Shown here: piece by piece, positions 25,904 through 34,408 of the stretch
How positions within the stretch are numbered: the first letter of the stretch is position 1
Layout: each line of letters begins with the position of its first letter
From: Klebsiella phage HMGUkp2
Strand: one strand, 5' to 3'
Sequence record: PV683292.1
DNA: 64,000 nt
Translations under genes and position numbers: made by a program
Notes under the pieces: generated by a model
Databases searched by the model: none
What the model was told of the DNA's origin: nothing
Seen by the model: the letters and a program-made list of their open reading frames with translations, nothing else

Positions 25904-26506
25904 ATGCTTATCCAAATCAGTTCAGAAGAAAAAGTTCGTCAAAGTATCCAGTCTAAAGTGGAAGAAAAATTCACTGATATGGAACAAAGTACTCTGTGGC
26001 TTTGTTTGAATGATAAGAATGAAGAACTTATTCATTCCAGGCTGAACCCGATAGTACGTAAGCACATGTCTACTACGGTGCCTGCAGAATTGTATCGTGG
26101 GGTGACACTGATTGAAGCGCAAAAACTTTATAATCTAGCTGAAGGTGATACATTTACTTTAGTCCGTGTTACAAGTTTCAGCTCTGATTTCTCCACAGCC
26201 AAGCAGTTTGCTTCTAAATGGCATTACGATTCAAATCTGATTCTAAGTATACAGAACTGCCCGTGGGCCTACAACTATCAAGAAGATATCACTAATATTC
26301 TTCTTGGTGCTCCTGATGAAGAGTACATGGGTTCAGTACCAGTTGAAGATCAACGCGAGGATAAGTTAGATATGGTTCAAGGTGAGTGCGAGTTTATGCT
26401 TCCAAAGGAAGCAGCGTACCGCATATTACGTATCGAAGATAAATCTAATCCAGACACAAACACAACAGATTATACTATTCTTCATCTGGAACTTGTCAGC
26501 TGGTAA
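25904..26506 (+). CDS. ADP-ribosyltransferase, ModA/ModB-like (R-S-E clade), 200 aa
   Basis: KFTDMEQSTLWLCL matches T4 ModA KFTDFEQSVLWQCM. Candidate catalytic triad YRG..SFS..QGECE. Size as ModA (200 aa). Position between 56 and dda as in T4. Confidence 0.65.
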   Translation: MLIQISSEEKVRQSIQSKVEEKFTDMEQSTLWLCLNDKNEELIHSRLNPIVRKHMSTTVPAELYRGVTLIEAQKLYNLAEGDTFTLVRVTSFSSDFSTAKQFASKWHYDSNLILSIQNCPWAYNYQEDITNILLGAPDEEYMGSVPVEDQREDKLDMVQGECEFMLPKEAAYRILRIEDKSNPDTNTTDYTILHLELVSW

Positions 26507-26575
26507 TAGCCTGAAGCCAAAGATCCATGAAACCATTATACCATTCAAATTTTTAAAGCAAATAAGGGCTCAAAA

Positions 26576-26767
26576 ATGCACAAATTCTTAATCATGTTAT
26601 GGTACACTAAAGATGGCGAACACTACCATTCTAGCTTCGAAAAAACCATCTTCGGGCCTGACGTCCACTGGGTTGCACAGCAATACGCAGAAGTCAACGA
26701 TAACTGCCTCTGCAAAATCTTCTTAGGCGACCGCAAAATCGCTGAGCACGGGTCTCACAAACAGTAG
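26576..26767 (+). CDS. hypothetical protein (63 aa)
   Basis: Small ORF before a PeSL cassette. Confidence 0.25.
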   Translation: MHKFLIMLWYTKDGEHYHSSFEKTIFGPDVHWVAQQYAEVNDNCLCKIFLGDRKIAEHGSHKQ

Positions 26768-26807
26768 TTTACAATGGTGTAGAAGCGTGTTACTATATTT
26801 CTACACC
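26767..26807 (+). promoter_or_regulatory. PeSL-like early promoter cassette (GTTTACA-N17-TACTAT, dyad ggtgtagaa/ttctacacc, CTACACCAAC leader)
   Basis: Same architecture as the other cassettes. Confidence 0.55.
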
Positions 26808-26825
26808 AACATTGAGGATAAAATC

Positions 26826-27566
26826 ATGCAAGCATCTAACCAAGTTATCGTAGCACGTCGTCTGGCTAAAACTTTTGAATCGGCTAAGTCCAGAGGCAAA
26901 GAATTCAATCTTACCTTTGAGTACATGGCTAACATTTTAGCTCAAACACATTGTGCTTACTCTGGCGAGAAATTCTCTGAGTTTGGGCCCGACTCAATGA
27001 CTCTTGAGCGTTGGGACAACGACAAAGGTTACGTGATCGGTAACGTGATTCCTGTCAAAGAGAAATACAACTCTGCAAGAAGAGATTACTCTATTGAGCA
27101 GATGGAATCTCTGGCCAAAGAAAAATCAGCTCGCATTGTTCGTGGTTCAGATAACAGGCCTGTAACTTTAGCGGACGAAACCAAAGCTAAAATTGAGATT
27201 ATTGAGAAAAATATTGAAGCTATTAAGGCTCGAATGGAAGGAAGAATTGCAGCCCTGAATTCTCGTTTATCTGAAGAAACCCTCGATGAAGCTGGTAAAG
27301 TAATGGTAGCTTCTCTCAAAGCCCGCATTGAAGGCGGCAAGGCTGAGATAGGTCGTCAAGAAGCTAAGCTGTTTGCTCTTCGTGACGGGCGTAGCGCTAA
27401 GAACGCTACTAAGCTCTCTAAAGCAGAGGAACAGGTCCGTATCTATGGTATAATTGTTGAAGCTCTTAAACGATTAGAGAAACGTAACTGGTTGGATACC
27501 AAGAAACTGGAAAAAGGACTGCCGTTGAATTGTTCACTGCTCCAATTAATTAAAGGTAAAATGTAA
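26826..27566 (+). CDS. hypothetical 246-aa protein in the srd position. N-terminal degenerate HNH-like motif, C-terminal coiled coil.
   Basis: HCAYSGEKF...LERWDNDKGYVIGNVIPV loosely resembles CxYCG...DHIxP...GNxxLL of HNH endonucleases. Position corresponds to T4 srd. The assignment is uncertain. Confidence 0.3.
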   Translation: MQASNQVIVARRLAKTFESAKSRGKEFNLTFEYMANILAQTHCAYSGEKFSEFGPDSMTLERWDNDKGYVIGNVIPVKEKYNSARRDYSIEQMESLAKEKSARIVRGSDNRPVTLADETKAKIEIIEKNIEAIKARMEGRIAALNSRLSEETLDEAGKVMVASLKARIEGGKAEIGRQEAKLFALRDGRSAKNATKLSKAEEQVRIYGIIVEALKRLEKRNWLDTKKLEKGLPLNCSLLQLIKGKM

Positions 27567-27874
27567 TGATGATGCACTATGGATATGCGCTTGTGTATAA
27601 GGACAAATCTGGATTTGTACTTCCTTATGAATACAACGGGTGCTGCAATGTCTTCTCTGATGAAGCCAAAGCTAAAAATGAATATGAGGCTTTAAAAGCT
27701 TACTTAGAACATAAATTTGTTACCCGAGTTAAGTCTGTGGAGCGTCGAGTCGTCCCCCGTAAGTGGTGGTTCCCTAAAGTGCTTATTGTGACAACGCACT
27801 ATAGTGATGACGAACTTAAATCTCTCCGCCAAATCATTAGCACACTGCATGTTAAAAGGGTAAAATTAGCTTGA
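27566..27874 (+). CDS. hypothetical protein (102 aa), dda.1 position
   Basis: ATGA overlap with the upstream gene. Confidence 0.3.
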   Translation: MMMHYGYALVYKDKSGFVLPYEYNGCCNVFSDEAKAKNEYEALKAYLEHKFVTRVKSVERRVVPRKWWFPKVLIVTTHYSDDELKSLRQIISTLHVKRVKLA

Positions 27875-29202
27875 TTACTTTAGATATGCTGAACAAAGGT
27901 CAGAAGAAAGCCTTTGACTATATTATCAGTCGTATTAAAGCCGGCAAAGGAAACCATATCACTTTAAATGGCCCGGCTGGAACTGGTAAAACTACGATGA
28001 CTAAATTCATCGTTGATTACTTGATTTCTCAAGGAGTATCTGGTGTCGTTTTAGCGGCTCCTACGCATGCCGCTAAAAAAGTATTAAGTAAATTGTCCGG
28101 TATCGAAGCTCGGACAATCCACAGCTTGTTGAAAATTAACCCGACGACGTATGAAGACTCTATAACATTTGAGCAAAAAGGCGATGTAGACGTTTCTGAA
28201 TTACGGGTAGTAGTTTGTGACGAAGCCTCTATGTACGACCGAAAACTGTTCCGGATTCTGATGGCCACCATTCCACGGTATTGTCTTGTCATTGCTATAG
28301 GTGATAAGGCTCAGATTCGTCCTGTAGAACCTGGCTCTACTGAACCGGCCCTATCGCCGTTTTTCACCCATAAAGATTTTGACCAGCTTGAACTTGATGA
28401 AGTGATGCGAAGTAACGCTCCTATCATTAAAGTAGCTACAGATATCCGTAATGGTAAATGGATCTATGATCACCAACAAGATGGCCACGGCGTTCACGGG
28501 TTCACGTCAACCACGGCTCTTAAAGATTTCATGATGAAATATTTTGAAATCGTTAAAGACCCAGAAGACATGTTCGAAAATAAGATGTTTGCTTTCACGA
28601 ATAAATCTGTCGATAAACTAAATTCTATTATTCGACGACGAATTCTTGAGACTGAAGATGCTTTTATCAAGGGTGAAGTTATAGTAATGCAGGAGCCTTT
28701 GATCAAAGAGCTTGAATTCGAAGGTAAAAGGTTTAACGACCTTAAATTTAATAACGGGCAGTATGTTCGTATTGTGAGCGCCGAATATGTTTCATCATTT
28801 GTTTCTTGTACAGGTGTCTCTGGTGAATATATGATTCGACACTGGCGGTTAGCTGTAGAAACTTATGACAAGGATGAAGATTATCATCTAGAAACTATTA
28901 ACGTTATCTCTGATGAACAAGAACAAAATAAGTTCCAGTTCTTTTTGGCTAAGGCCGCTGATACTTATCGCAACTGGCAGAAAGGTGGCAAGGCCCCTTG
29001 GAAATCTTTTTGGGCCGCTAAACGTATGTTCCATAAGGTAAAACCTCTGCCGGCTTCAACATTTCATAAAGCCCAAGGGTTATCAGTAGATACTAGCTTT
29101 CTATATACACCATGTATTCATGTAGTAAATGATGTTGAATTTGCTAGACAACTACTGTATGTCGGCGCTACACGAGGCCGACACGATGTTTATTATGTAT
29201 AG
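27871..29202 (+). CDS. dda: Dda DNA helicase (SF1B), 443 aa
   Basis: GPAGTGKTT, AAPTHAAKK, CDEASMYD, ASTFHKAQG and YVGATRGRHDV motifs are collinear with T4 Dda (439 aa). Confidence 0.9.
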   Translation: MITLDMLNKGQKKAFDYIISRIKAGKGNHITLNGPAGTGKTTMTKFIVDYLISQGVSGVVLAAPTHAAKKVLSKLSGIEARTIHSLLKINPTTYEDSITFEQKGDVDVSELRVVVCDEASMYDRKLFRILMATIPRYCLVIAIGDKAQIRPVEPGSTEPALSPFFTHKDFDQLELDEVMRSNAPIIKVATDIRNGKWIYDHQQDGHGVHGFTSTTALKDFMMKYFEIVKDPEDMFENKMFAFTNKSVDKLNSIIRRRILETEDAFIKGEVIVMQEPLIKELEFEGKRFNDLKFNNGQYVRIVSAEYVSSFVSCTGVSGEYMIRHWRLAVETYDKDEDYHLETINVISDEQEQNKFQFFLAKAADTYRNWQKGGKAPWKSFWAAKRMFHKVKPLPASTFHKAQGLSVDTSFLYTPCIHVVNDVEFARQLLYVGATRGRHDVYYV

Positions 29203-29209
29203 GTGAACT

Positions 29210-29431
29210 ATGCTACGTATTAACGAATATACAGCTAACAAATTAATTGAATCTTATGACACTCGCCATGAAAATATGATGCCTCACCAAGCTGAAGCGA
29301 TGTATAAGGTTCGTTGCATCTGTGAAAATGCTATTAGCGTTGCATCTTATCTAGGTGCAACCCCAGACATCATTATTCCTAGCAATTTGGTTGAAGTTAT
29401 GTCAACAATTGCTTATGAAGGTAAACTATGA
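29210..29431 (+). CDS. hypothetical protein (73 aa)
   Basis: Lies between dda and dexA. Confidence 0.3.
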   Translation: MLRINEYTANKLIESYDTRHENMMPHQAEAMYKVRCICENAISVASYLGATPDIIIPSNLVEVMSTIAYEGKL

Positions 29432-30114
29432 TTGATATTATTATCGACTACGAAACATTTGCTACAACTTCTAACTCTGCGGTAATTGATCTGAGTTTAA
29501 TTGCCTATGACCCAGACCCTGAAGTAGTTCAATCTTTAGATGAACTTATTTCTAAAGGCCTGCGTGTTAAATTCGATCTCGCATCACAGAAAGGCTCCAG
29601 ATTATTCTCTAAGTCAACTTTAGCTTGGTGGAAGGACCAATCTCCAGAAGCCCGTAAGAACTTGGCCCCGTCTACTGAAGATAAAACAGTTATCGAAGGC
29701 ATTAAGATCGTACTAGACTGGATTCGCGAACAAGGCGTCGATCCATGGAACAGTCAGATGTGGTGCCGTGGAATGAGCTTCGATATTCCTATTTTCACAG
29801 ATATGATTCGTGAACTGTATCGGGCCGAAGGCATCCCTGAAAATGAAATCGATACCTTTAAACTTGAGCCTGTTAAGTTCTGGAATCAACGTGATATCCG
29901 TACTGCTATTGAAGCATACAGTACAGTACGCGGTATGACTACGACTCCTCTACCTAATGGCACCCTTAAAGGCTTTGTAGCCCATGACAGTCTTCATGAT
30001 TGTGCTAAAGATATTTTGATGTTAAAGTATGCACAGCGTTACGCCCTTGGCCTGGATGAATGCCCGTCTGAAGCCGAAGCCGACCCACTTTCACTGAGTA
30101 AAACACTTCACTGA
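29428..30114 (+). CDS. dexA: exonuclease A (DexA, DnaQ-like 3-prime to 5-prime exonuclease), 228 aa
   Basis: IIIDYETF (Exo I D-x-E). Size as T4 DexA (227 aa). Position after dda. Confidence 0.7.
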   Translation: MIDIIIDYETFATTSNSAVIDLSLIAYDPDPEVVQSLDELISKGLRVKFDLASQKGSRLFSKSTLAWWKDQSPEARKNLAPSTEDKTVIEGIKIVLDWIREQGVDPWNSQMWCRGMSFDIPIFTDMIRELYRAEGIPENEIDTFKLEPVKFWNQRDIRTAIEAYSTVRGMTTTPLPNGTLKGFVAHDSLHDCAKDILMLKYAQRYALGLDECPSEAEADPLSLSKTLH

Positions 30115-30307
30115 GTAAAACACGATGAACGATTTTGAGTATGATGAAAACTTTGAAGAATGGTTTAACTCGACCATTCTTCCTGAAATCTCCCCAAACA
30201 TGGTTTTAGTTGTTAAAGCAACTATGGCGAAAGGTTGGGAAGCTGGTTATAATTTTGGTGTTGACGTCGGTATTGAACTTTCTAACTGTATTCGCTAAGG
30301 AAATAAA

Positions 30308-30685
30308 ATGATCCCTATTGATTCTCTGGTCTATGTATCCACTCAGTCCCGTTCCCGTATCGCCGGCAAGTCGGGTATTGTAGATGCCGTCCGTTTTGGT
30401 TGGCTTGGTGAAATTAAAGAATATGTTATCTCTTCTAATGGGGTTGTTGGCTATGTATCACCAGAGTATGTATCAATGATTGGGACTGTGGCTCTTGATG
30501 ACGACTACGATATCCGTGACGATCTTCTGTGTAAAGCAGTTCAAATCGAAACTCCTTTCATCCGCGTGTGCGGTTGGGTTTCCGACCAGTGGGTTGAAGA
30601 TGGCGTAGAACTGCTGAATGTAGTTCACGATGGCGATTACTCTGTGGTTCCGCGTTCTGCAGTGAAAAACATTATCACTAAGTAG
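30308..30685 (+). CDS. hypothetical protein (125 aa)
   Basis: SD aaggaaataaaATG lies upstream. Confidence 0.35.
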   Translation: MIPIDSLVYVSTQSRSRIAGKSGIVDAVRFGWLGEIKEYVISSNGVVGYVSPEYVSMIGTVALDDDYDIRDDLLCKAVQIETPFIRVCGWVSDQWVEDGVELLNVVHDGDYSVVPRSAVKNIITK

Positions 30686-30723
30686 TTTACAACCAGGTAG
30701 GAGCGTGATACTATGCTCCTACC
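30685..30723 (+). promoter_or_regulatory. PeSL-like early promoter cassette (GTTTACA-N16-TACTAT, dyad ggtaggagc/gctcctacc)
   Basis: 9-bp perfect inverted repeat flanking the -10. Confidence 0.55.
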
Positions 30724-30746
30724 AACCAAATGAGAGGAAAATAAAA

Positions 30747-30968
30747 ATGAAAGTTATAGCTACCACAGGTTCAAATCGCGACGAATTCGAAGATGTTCTG
30801 TTTAATCCAGATCTAGTAGTTGTGCAGAAAGATATCACTGAATTTTTATGCTATACCCAAATCGTGTATGTCTATAACAAATTAGGCGACACTGTTCCGG
30901 CTTATGCTATTTTCCGTGAAGTTTCTGAAAACGGTACTGATTACTGGAAAGAAACCTACGAGGCTTAA
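30747..30968 (+). CDS. hypothetical protein (73 aa)
   Basis: ATG after SD gagaggaaaataaaa, downstream of a PeSL promoter. Confidence 0.4.
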   Translation: MKVIATTGSNRDEFEDVLFNPDLVVVQKDITEFLCYTQIVYVYNKLGDTVPAYAIFREVSENGTDYWKETYEA

Positions 30969-30969
30969 A

Positions 30970-31695
30970 ATGCAAAACAAATATTTCCGCTTTATCAGTG
31001 ATGAAGCCCGGACCCGATTTGAAAGCAACTATTCTTCAAATGCCGATATCGCTAATGCTATTCAGAACAGCATTTTTAAAGTTATTCGGCTTACCGGTAA
31101 TGATAGCGTCGTAGCTATTCAGTTTAAAAGCGGCGCGATTCTTACACACGGTAAAGATGGTCTCTGCATAACCCGCGCTGAGATGGACGAGTTCTTTGTT
31201 GAAGTCTGCGGCTTTGGCGGCGATTCAGGCATTTGGGAAGAGGGTGAAACCTACATCTGTACTGATTTAAAAGGTTTAGTTCAACGCAGTAAATTGAACA
31301 TTCGTTTTGCTGAACTAGTTCATTTGAACCGGTTTAAGGTTCTAACTGTTGATTATAGCCTTGGCAGCCCTCGTGTTAAGTCTGTTCAAGTAGGTAACCA
31401 GAAAATCAATCTGGCGTTAGTTCAAGCAGAACGTCCGTTCTTTAGACGTTGGATCGATTTCAAAAACAACATCAACGGCGATATAATTGTTCAAGAATAC
31501 CTCGATGAGCTTGGTGAGCTCGGCGAACTAGATGAACACGATGAGCCACAAGATGCTGAGAACGACATCGGTGCTGTTGAGCCAGCTCCACTAGTCCTTG
31601 AAGGACCTGCAAAGATTGAACTAACCGTATCAGATGAAAAATCTCGTCTGACAGCAATTAAATTTTTAGAAGGAACTCGTTTTGCCGACGTATAA
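30970..31695 (+). CDS. hypothetical acidic protein (241 aa)
   Basis: ATG at 30970 follows the upstream stop. Acidic ELGELGELDEHDE region. Confidence 0.35.
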   Translation: MQNKYFRFISDEARTRFESNYSSNADIANAIQNSIFKVIRLTGNDSVVAIQFKSGAILTHGKDGLCITRAEMDEFFVEVCGFGGDSGIWEEGETYICTDLKGLVQRSKLNIRFAELVHLNRFKVLTVDYSLGSPRVKSVQVGNQKINLALVQAERPFFRRWIDFKNNINGDIIVQEYLDELGELGELDEHDEPQDAENDIGAVEPAPLVLEGPAKIELTVSDEKSRLTAIKFLEGTRFADV

Positions 31696-31858
31696 CTATA
31701 AATGTGAAGCTTGTGATGAAGAGCGCGAGTACATTCGTAAAATCTCTGAACGCGACGAGCCAGTAGAGTGCCCGTTCCTGAATTGCGAAGGTAAAATGCA
31801 TCGTACTGTGTCTGCTCCGGCAGTTCACTATGACGGTCTTAAATCAGGTGACTACTAA
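31682..31858 (+). CDS. FmdB-family zinc-ribbon protein (58 aa, TTG start)
   Basis: (M)PTYNYKCEACDEE...ECPFLNC matches the FmdB MPxYxYxCxxC...CPxC pattern. No in-frame ATG exists, so the start is taken as TTG at 31682, with SD aggaa upstream. Confidence 0.3.
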   Translation: MPTYNYKCEACDEEREYIRKISERDEPVECPFLNCEGKMHRTVSAPAVHYDGLKSGDY

Positions 31859-31948
31859 TGGGCTTTAAACCCCGAGTTAAAATGGTCTCTGGCGAGATGC
31901 GAGAAATCAAATTTAAAGATGGTCGCACTGTGATACTTCGTAAGAAAT

Positions 31949-31966
31949 AAGGGCTTAGGCCCTTTT
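31949..31966 (+). terminator. terminator-like hairpin (aagggc-ttag-gccctt + TTTG)
   Basis: 6-bp GC stem plus a T tract, upstream of gene 39. Confidence 0.45.
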
Positions 31967-31990
31967 GCTTTTTAGAATACAGGATAATAT
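31965..31990 (+). promoter_or_regulatory. candidate MotA-dependent middle promoter for gene 39 (TTGCTT box, 12-14 nt, gaTAATat)
   Basis: ttgcttttt, then 12 nt, then gataat. T4 has a known middle promoter for gene 39. Confidence 0.35.
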
Positions 31991-32015
31991 AACCTCCACT
32001 ACAAGAGGAAATGAA

Positions 32016-33857
32016 ATGATTAAGAATGAAATTCGTGTTTTAAGCGACATTGAACACATCAAAAAACGTAGTGGGATGTATATTGGCAGTTCAGCCCATG
32101 AAGCCCATGAACGGTTTCTGTTTGGTAAATACATGTCTCTGCAATATGTTCCTGGTCTTGTTAAACTTATTGATGAAATCATTGATAACTCTGTTGATGA
32201 AGCTATTCGTACGAGCTTTAAGTTTGCCAACAAAATTGACGTTGAAATCCGTGGAAATAAAGTTATCGTAGAAGATAATGGCCGAGGTATTCCACAGGAC
32301 CTGGTTGAAACCCCTACAGGCGAAATGATTCCGGGCCCTGTAGCTGCGTGGACCATTCCAAAAGCTGGTGGTAACTTTGGCGATGACGCCGAACGTAAGA
32401 CGGGTGGTATGAACGGTGTGGGTTCTAGTTTAACCAATATCTTCTCCGTTTTGTTCACAGGCGCTACCTGTGATGGAAAGAATGAGATTACCGTACAGTG
32501 TTCTAACGGTATGGATTCTATAAGCTGGAATAAAGTTCCGGCCTCTAAGAAAGAACATGTCAAAGCTAAAACAGGAACAGTGGTTTCATTTATTCCAGAT
32601 TTTGTTAACTTTGAAGTAAGTAATCTGACTGATGTTTATAGTGAAATCACTTTAGACCGTCTTCAAACTCTGGCTGTAATTTATCCGGATGTTAAATTTA
32701 CTTTCAACGGTAAAAAGGTCGATGGCAACTTTAAAAAGTTTGCTAAGCAGTTCGGTGAGAGTGTAGTAATTCAAGAAACAGATAACGTTTCTATGGCGTT
32801 TACTAATTCAGATGATGGGTTCCGACATCTGACTTATGTGAACAACATCCATACTAAGAACGGCGGGCATCATATTGAATGTGTATTCGACGATATCTGC
32901 GAGCATCTTTTACCTGGCATTAAGCGTAAGTACAAAGGTATTGAAGTAACTAAGGCCCGTGTTAAAGAATGCATGACTATGATTATGTTCATTCGCGATA
33001 TGACCAATATGCGCTTCGATTCTCAGACTAAAGAACGTTTGACATCTCCTTTTGGTGAGATCCGTAGCCATATTAAAATTGATGCCAAGAAGATAGCGCA
33101 AAGCATCTTGAAAGATGAAGGCCTGATTATGCCTATCGTCGAAGCTGCATTAGCTCGAAAATTAGCAGCCGAAAAGGCCGCTGAAACTAAAGCTAATAAA
33201 AAAGCCGCTAAAGCTAAAGTAGAAAAGCACATTAAGGCTAACATGTACGGCAAAGACGCCGACACAACCCTGTTCTTAACAGAAGGTGATTCTGCAATTG
33301 GTTATTTGATTGAAGTTCGTAACAGAGAACTTCATGGCGGATATCCATTACGTGGTAAGTTTATGAATACATGGGGTATGTCTGCTGTAGATATCCTAAA
33401 GAACAAAGAAGCCTTTGATATCTGTGCAATCACCGGATTAACTATCGGCGAATCTGCTGAAGGTATGAACTACAGAAATATTGCTATCATGACTGATGCT
33501 GACGTTGACGGTACAGGTTCAATCTATCCTTCGCTGTTGGCTTTCTTCAGTCACTGGCCAGAACTATTTGAGCAGGGTCGAATTCGTTTTGTAAAAACTC
33601 CTGTTATTATTGCCCAGGTAGGTAAAAACCAAGAATGGTTCTATGATCTGCCTTCTTACGACAAAGCTAAAGAATCTCTTGGTAAGCATAGCATTCGATA
33701 TATTAAAGGGCTTGGTTCTCTGACTCGTGATGAATATGAACGAGTTATCCAAGAGCCAGTTTATGATGTAGTTAAACTGCCTGAAAATTGGAAAGACCTT
33801 TTTGAAATGCTGATGGGTAAAGATGCATCTAAGCGTAAAGCTTGGATGGCCGCTTAA
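32016..33857 (+). CDS. 39: DNA topoisomerase II large subunit, fused gp39+gp60 (GyrB-like ATPase plus Toprim), 613 aa
   Basis: GHKL ATPase motifs (IDNSVDEA, GRGIP, GGMNGVGSS) and Toprim (LTEGDSA, DADVDG). The length indicates a fusion of the T4 39 and 60 reading frames with no bypass element. Confidence 0.9.
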   Translation: MIKNEIRVLSDIEHIKKRSGMYIGSSAHEAHERFLFGKYMSLQYVPGLVKLIDEIIDNSVDEAIRTSFKFANKIDVEIRGNKVIVEDNGRGIPQDLVETPTGEMIPGPVAAWTIPKAGGNFGDDAERKTGGMNGVGSSLTNIFSVLFTGATCDGKNEITVQCSNGMDSISWNKVPASKKEHVKAKTGTVVSFIPDFVNFEVSNLTDVYSEITLDRLQTLAVIYPDVKFTFNGKKVDGNFKKFAKQFGESVVIQETDNVSMAFTNSDDGFRHLTYVNNIHTKNGGHHIECVFDDICEHLLPGIKRKYKGIEVTKARVKECMTMIMFIRDMTNMRFDSQTKERLTSPFGEIRSHIKIDAKKIAQSILKDEGLIMPIVEAALARKLAAEKAAETKANKKAAKAKVEKHIKANMYGKDADTTLFLTEGDSAIGYLIEVRNRELHGGYPLRGKFMNTWGMSAVDILKNKEAFDICAITGLTIGESAEGMNYRNIAIMTDADVDGTGSIYPSLLAFFSHWPELFEQGRIRFVKTPVIIAQVGKNQEWFYDLPSYDKAKESLGKHSIRYIKGLGSLTRDEYERVIQEPVYDVVKLPENWKDLFEMLMGKDASKRKAWMAA

Positions 33858-33860
33858 TTA

Positions 33861-33878
33861 AAGGGCTTCGGCCCTTTG
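33861..33878 (+). other. intercistronic hairpin (aagggc-ttcg-gccctt) abutting the downstream SD
   Basis: 6-bp stem followed by ggagg. This is the third copy of the agggcttMggccct hairpin family (with 1261 and 31949). Confidence 0.4.
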
Positions 33879-33886
33879 GAGGTTAT

Positions 33887-34210
33887 ATGAATCTGGTAAT
33901 GCAAAATAACGCGATAGTTAATTTAGATAACATAGCCAGAATGGTAATGGAATCTGCAATTAGGCGTGTTGAATTTATAGACTCAGACGCCGCCAGGAAG
34001 AAAAAGTACCTGTCGGCTGTAAGAAACATAGCCGATAAGATTAAAATGAACCAGGAGTTAACCAGCGTTGAACGTGACTCAACTTTAAAGCTCATTTACT
34101 TGCACCGTGAAGAAAAGAGTACAATGGGTGAAATGAGACGAATCCTGGCTGAGCTTGGTTCTACCCGTGAGTATGTTCAACATAAGGTGACCCAGAATGC
34201 GAAGCTATAA
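33887..34210 (+). CDS. hypothetical protein (107 aa), rIIA.1 position
   Basis: SD ggagg is 7 nt upstream of ATG 33887. Confidence 0.4.
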   Translation: MNLVMQNNAIVNLDNIARMVMESAIRRVEFIDSDAARKKKYLSAVRNIADKIKMNQELTSVERDSTLKLIYLHREEKSTMGEMRRILAELGSTREYVQHKVTQNAKL

Positions 34211-34400
34211 AGTTAACTTGAACTTGTTAGATAATGCTATATTCAAAGAATATAGAATGATTCAACGGTTCTTTGATATCGACGAAGCTGAGTTGTTTAA
34301 AGAACGCTTCACAGATATTCGTATTAAAATAACCCACGACTGTGCATCGGCCGAAGAGCTCTTAGAGTGCGCCGAATTGATTAAACTACATAATGATTAA
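34197..34400 (+). CDS. hypothetical protein (67 aa)
   Basis: Overlaps the upstream gene end. Confidence 0.3.
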   Translation: MRSYKVNLNLLDNAIFKEYRMIQRFFDIDEAELFKERFTDIRIKITHDCASAEELLECAELIKLHND

Positions 34401-34408
34401 GGTATAAA

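Noticed and set aside
31955-32563. 202-aa minus-strand ORF overlapping the gene 39 start
   Set aside because: Fully antisense to the topoisomerase gene. Its low-complexity Pro/Ser-rich translation is typical of a shadow ORF.
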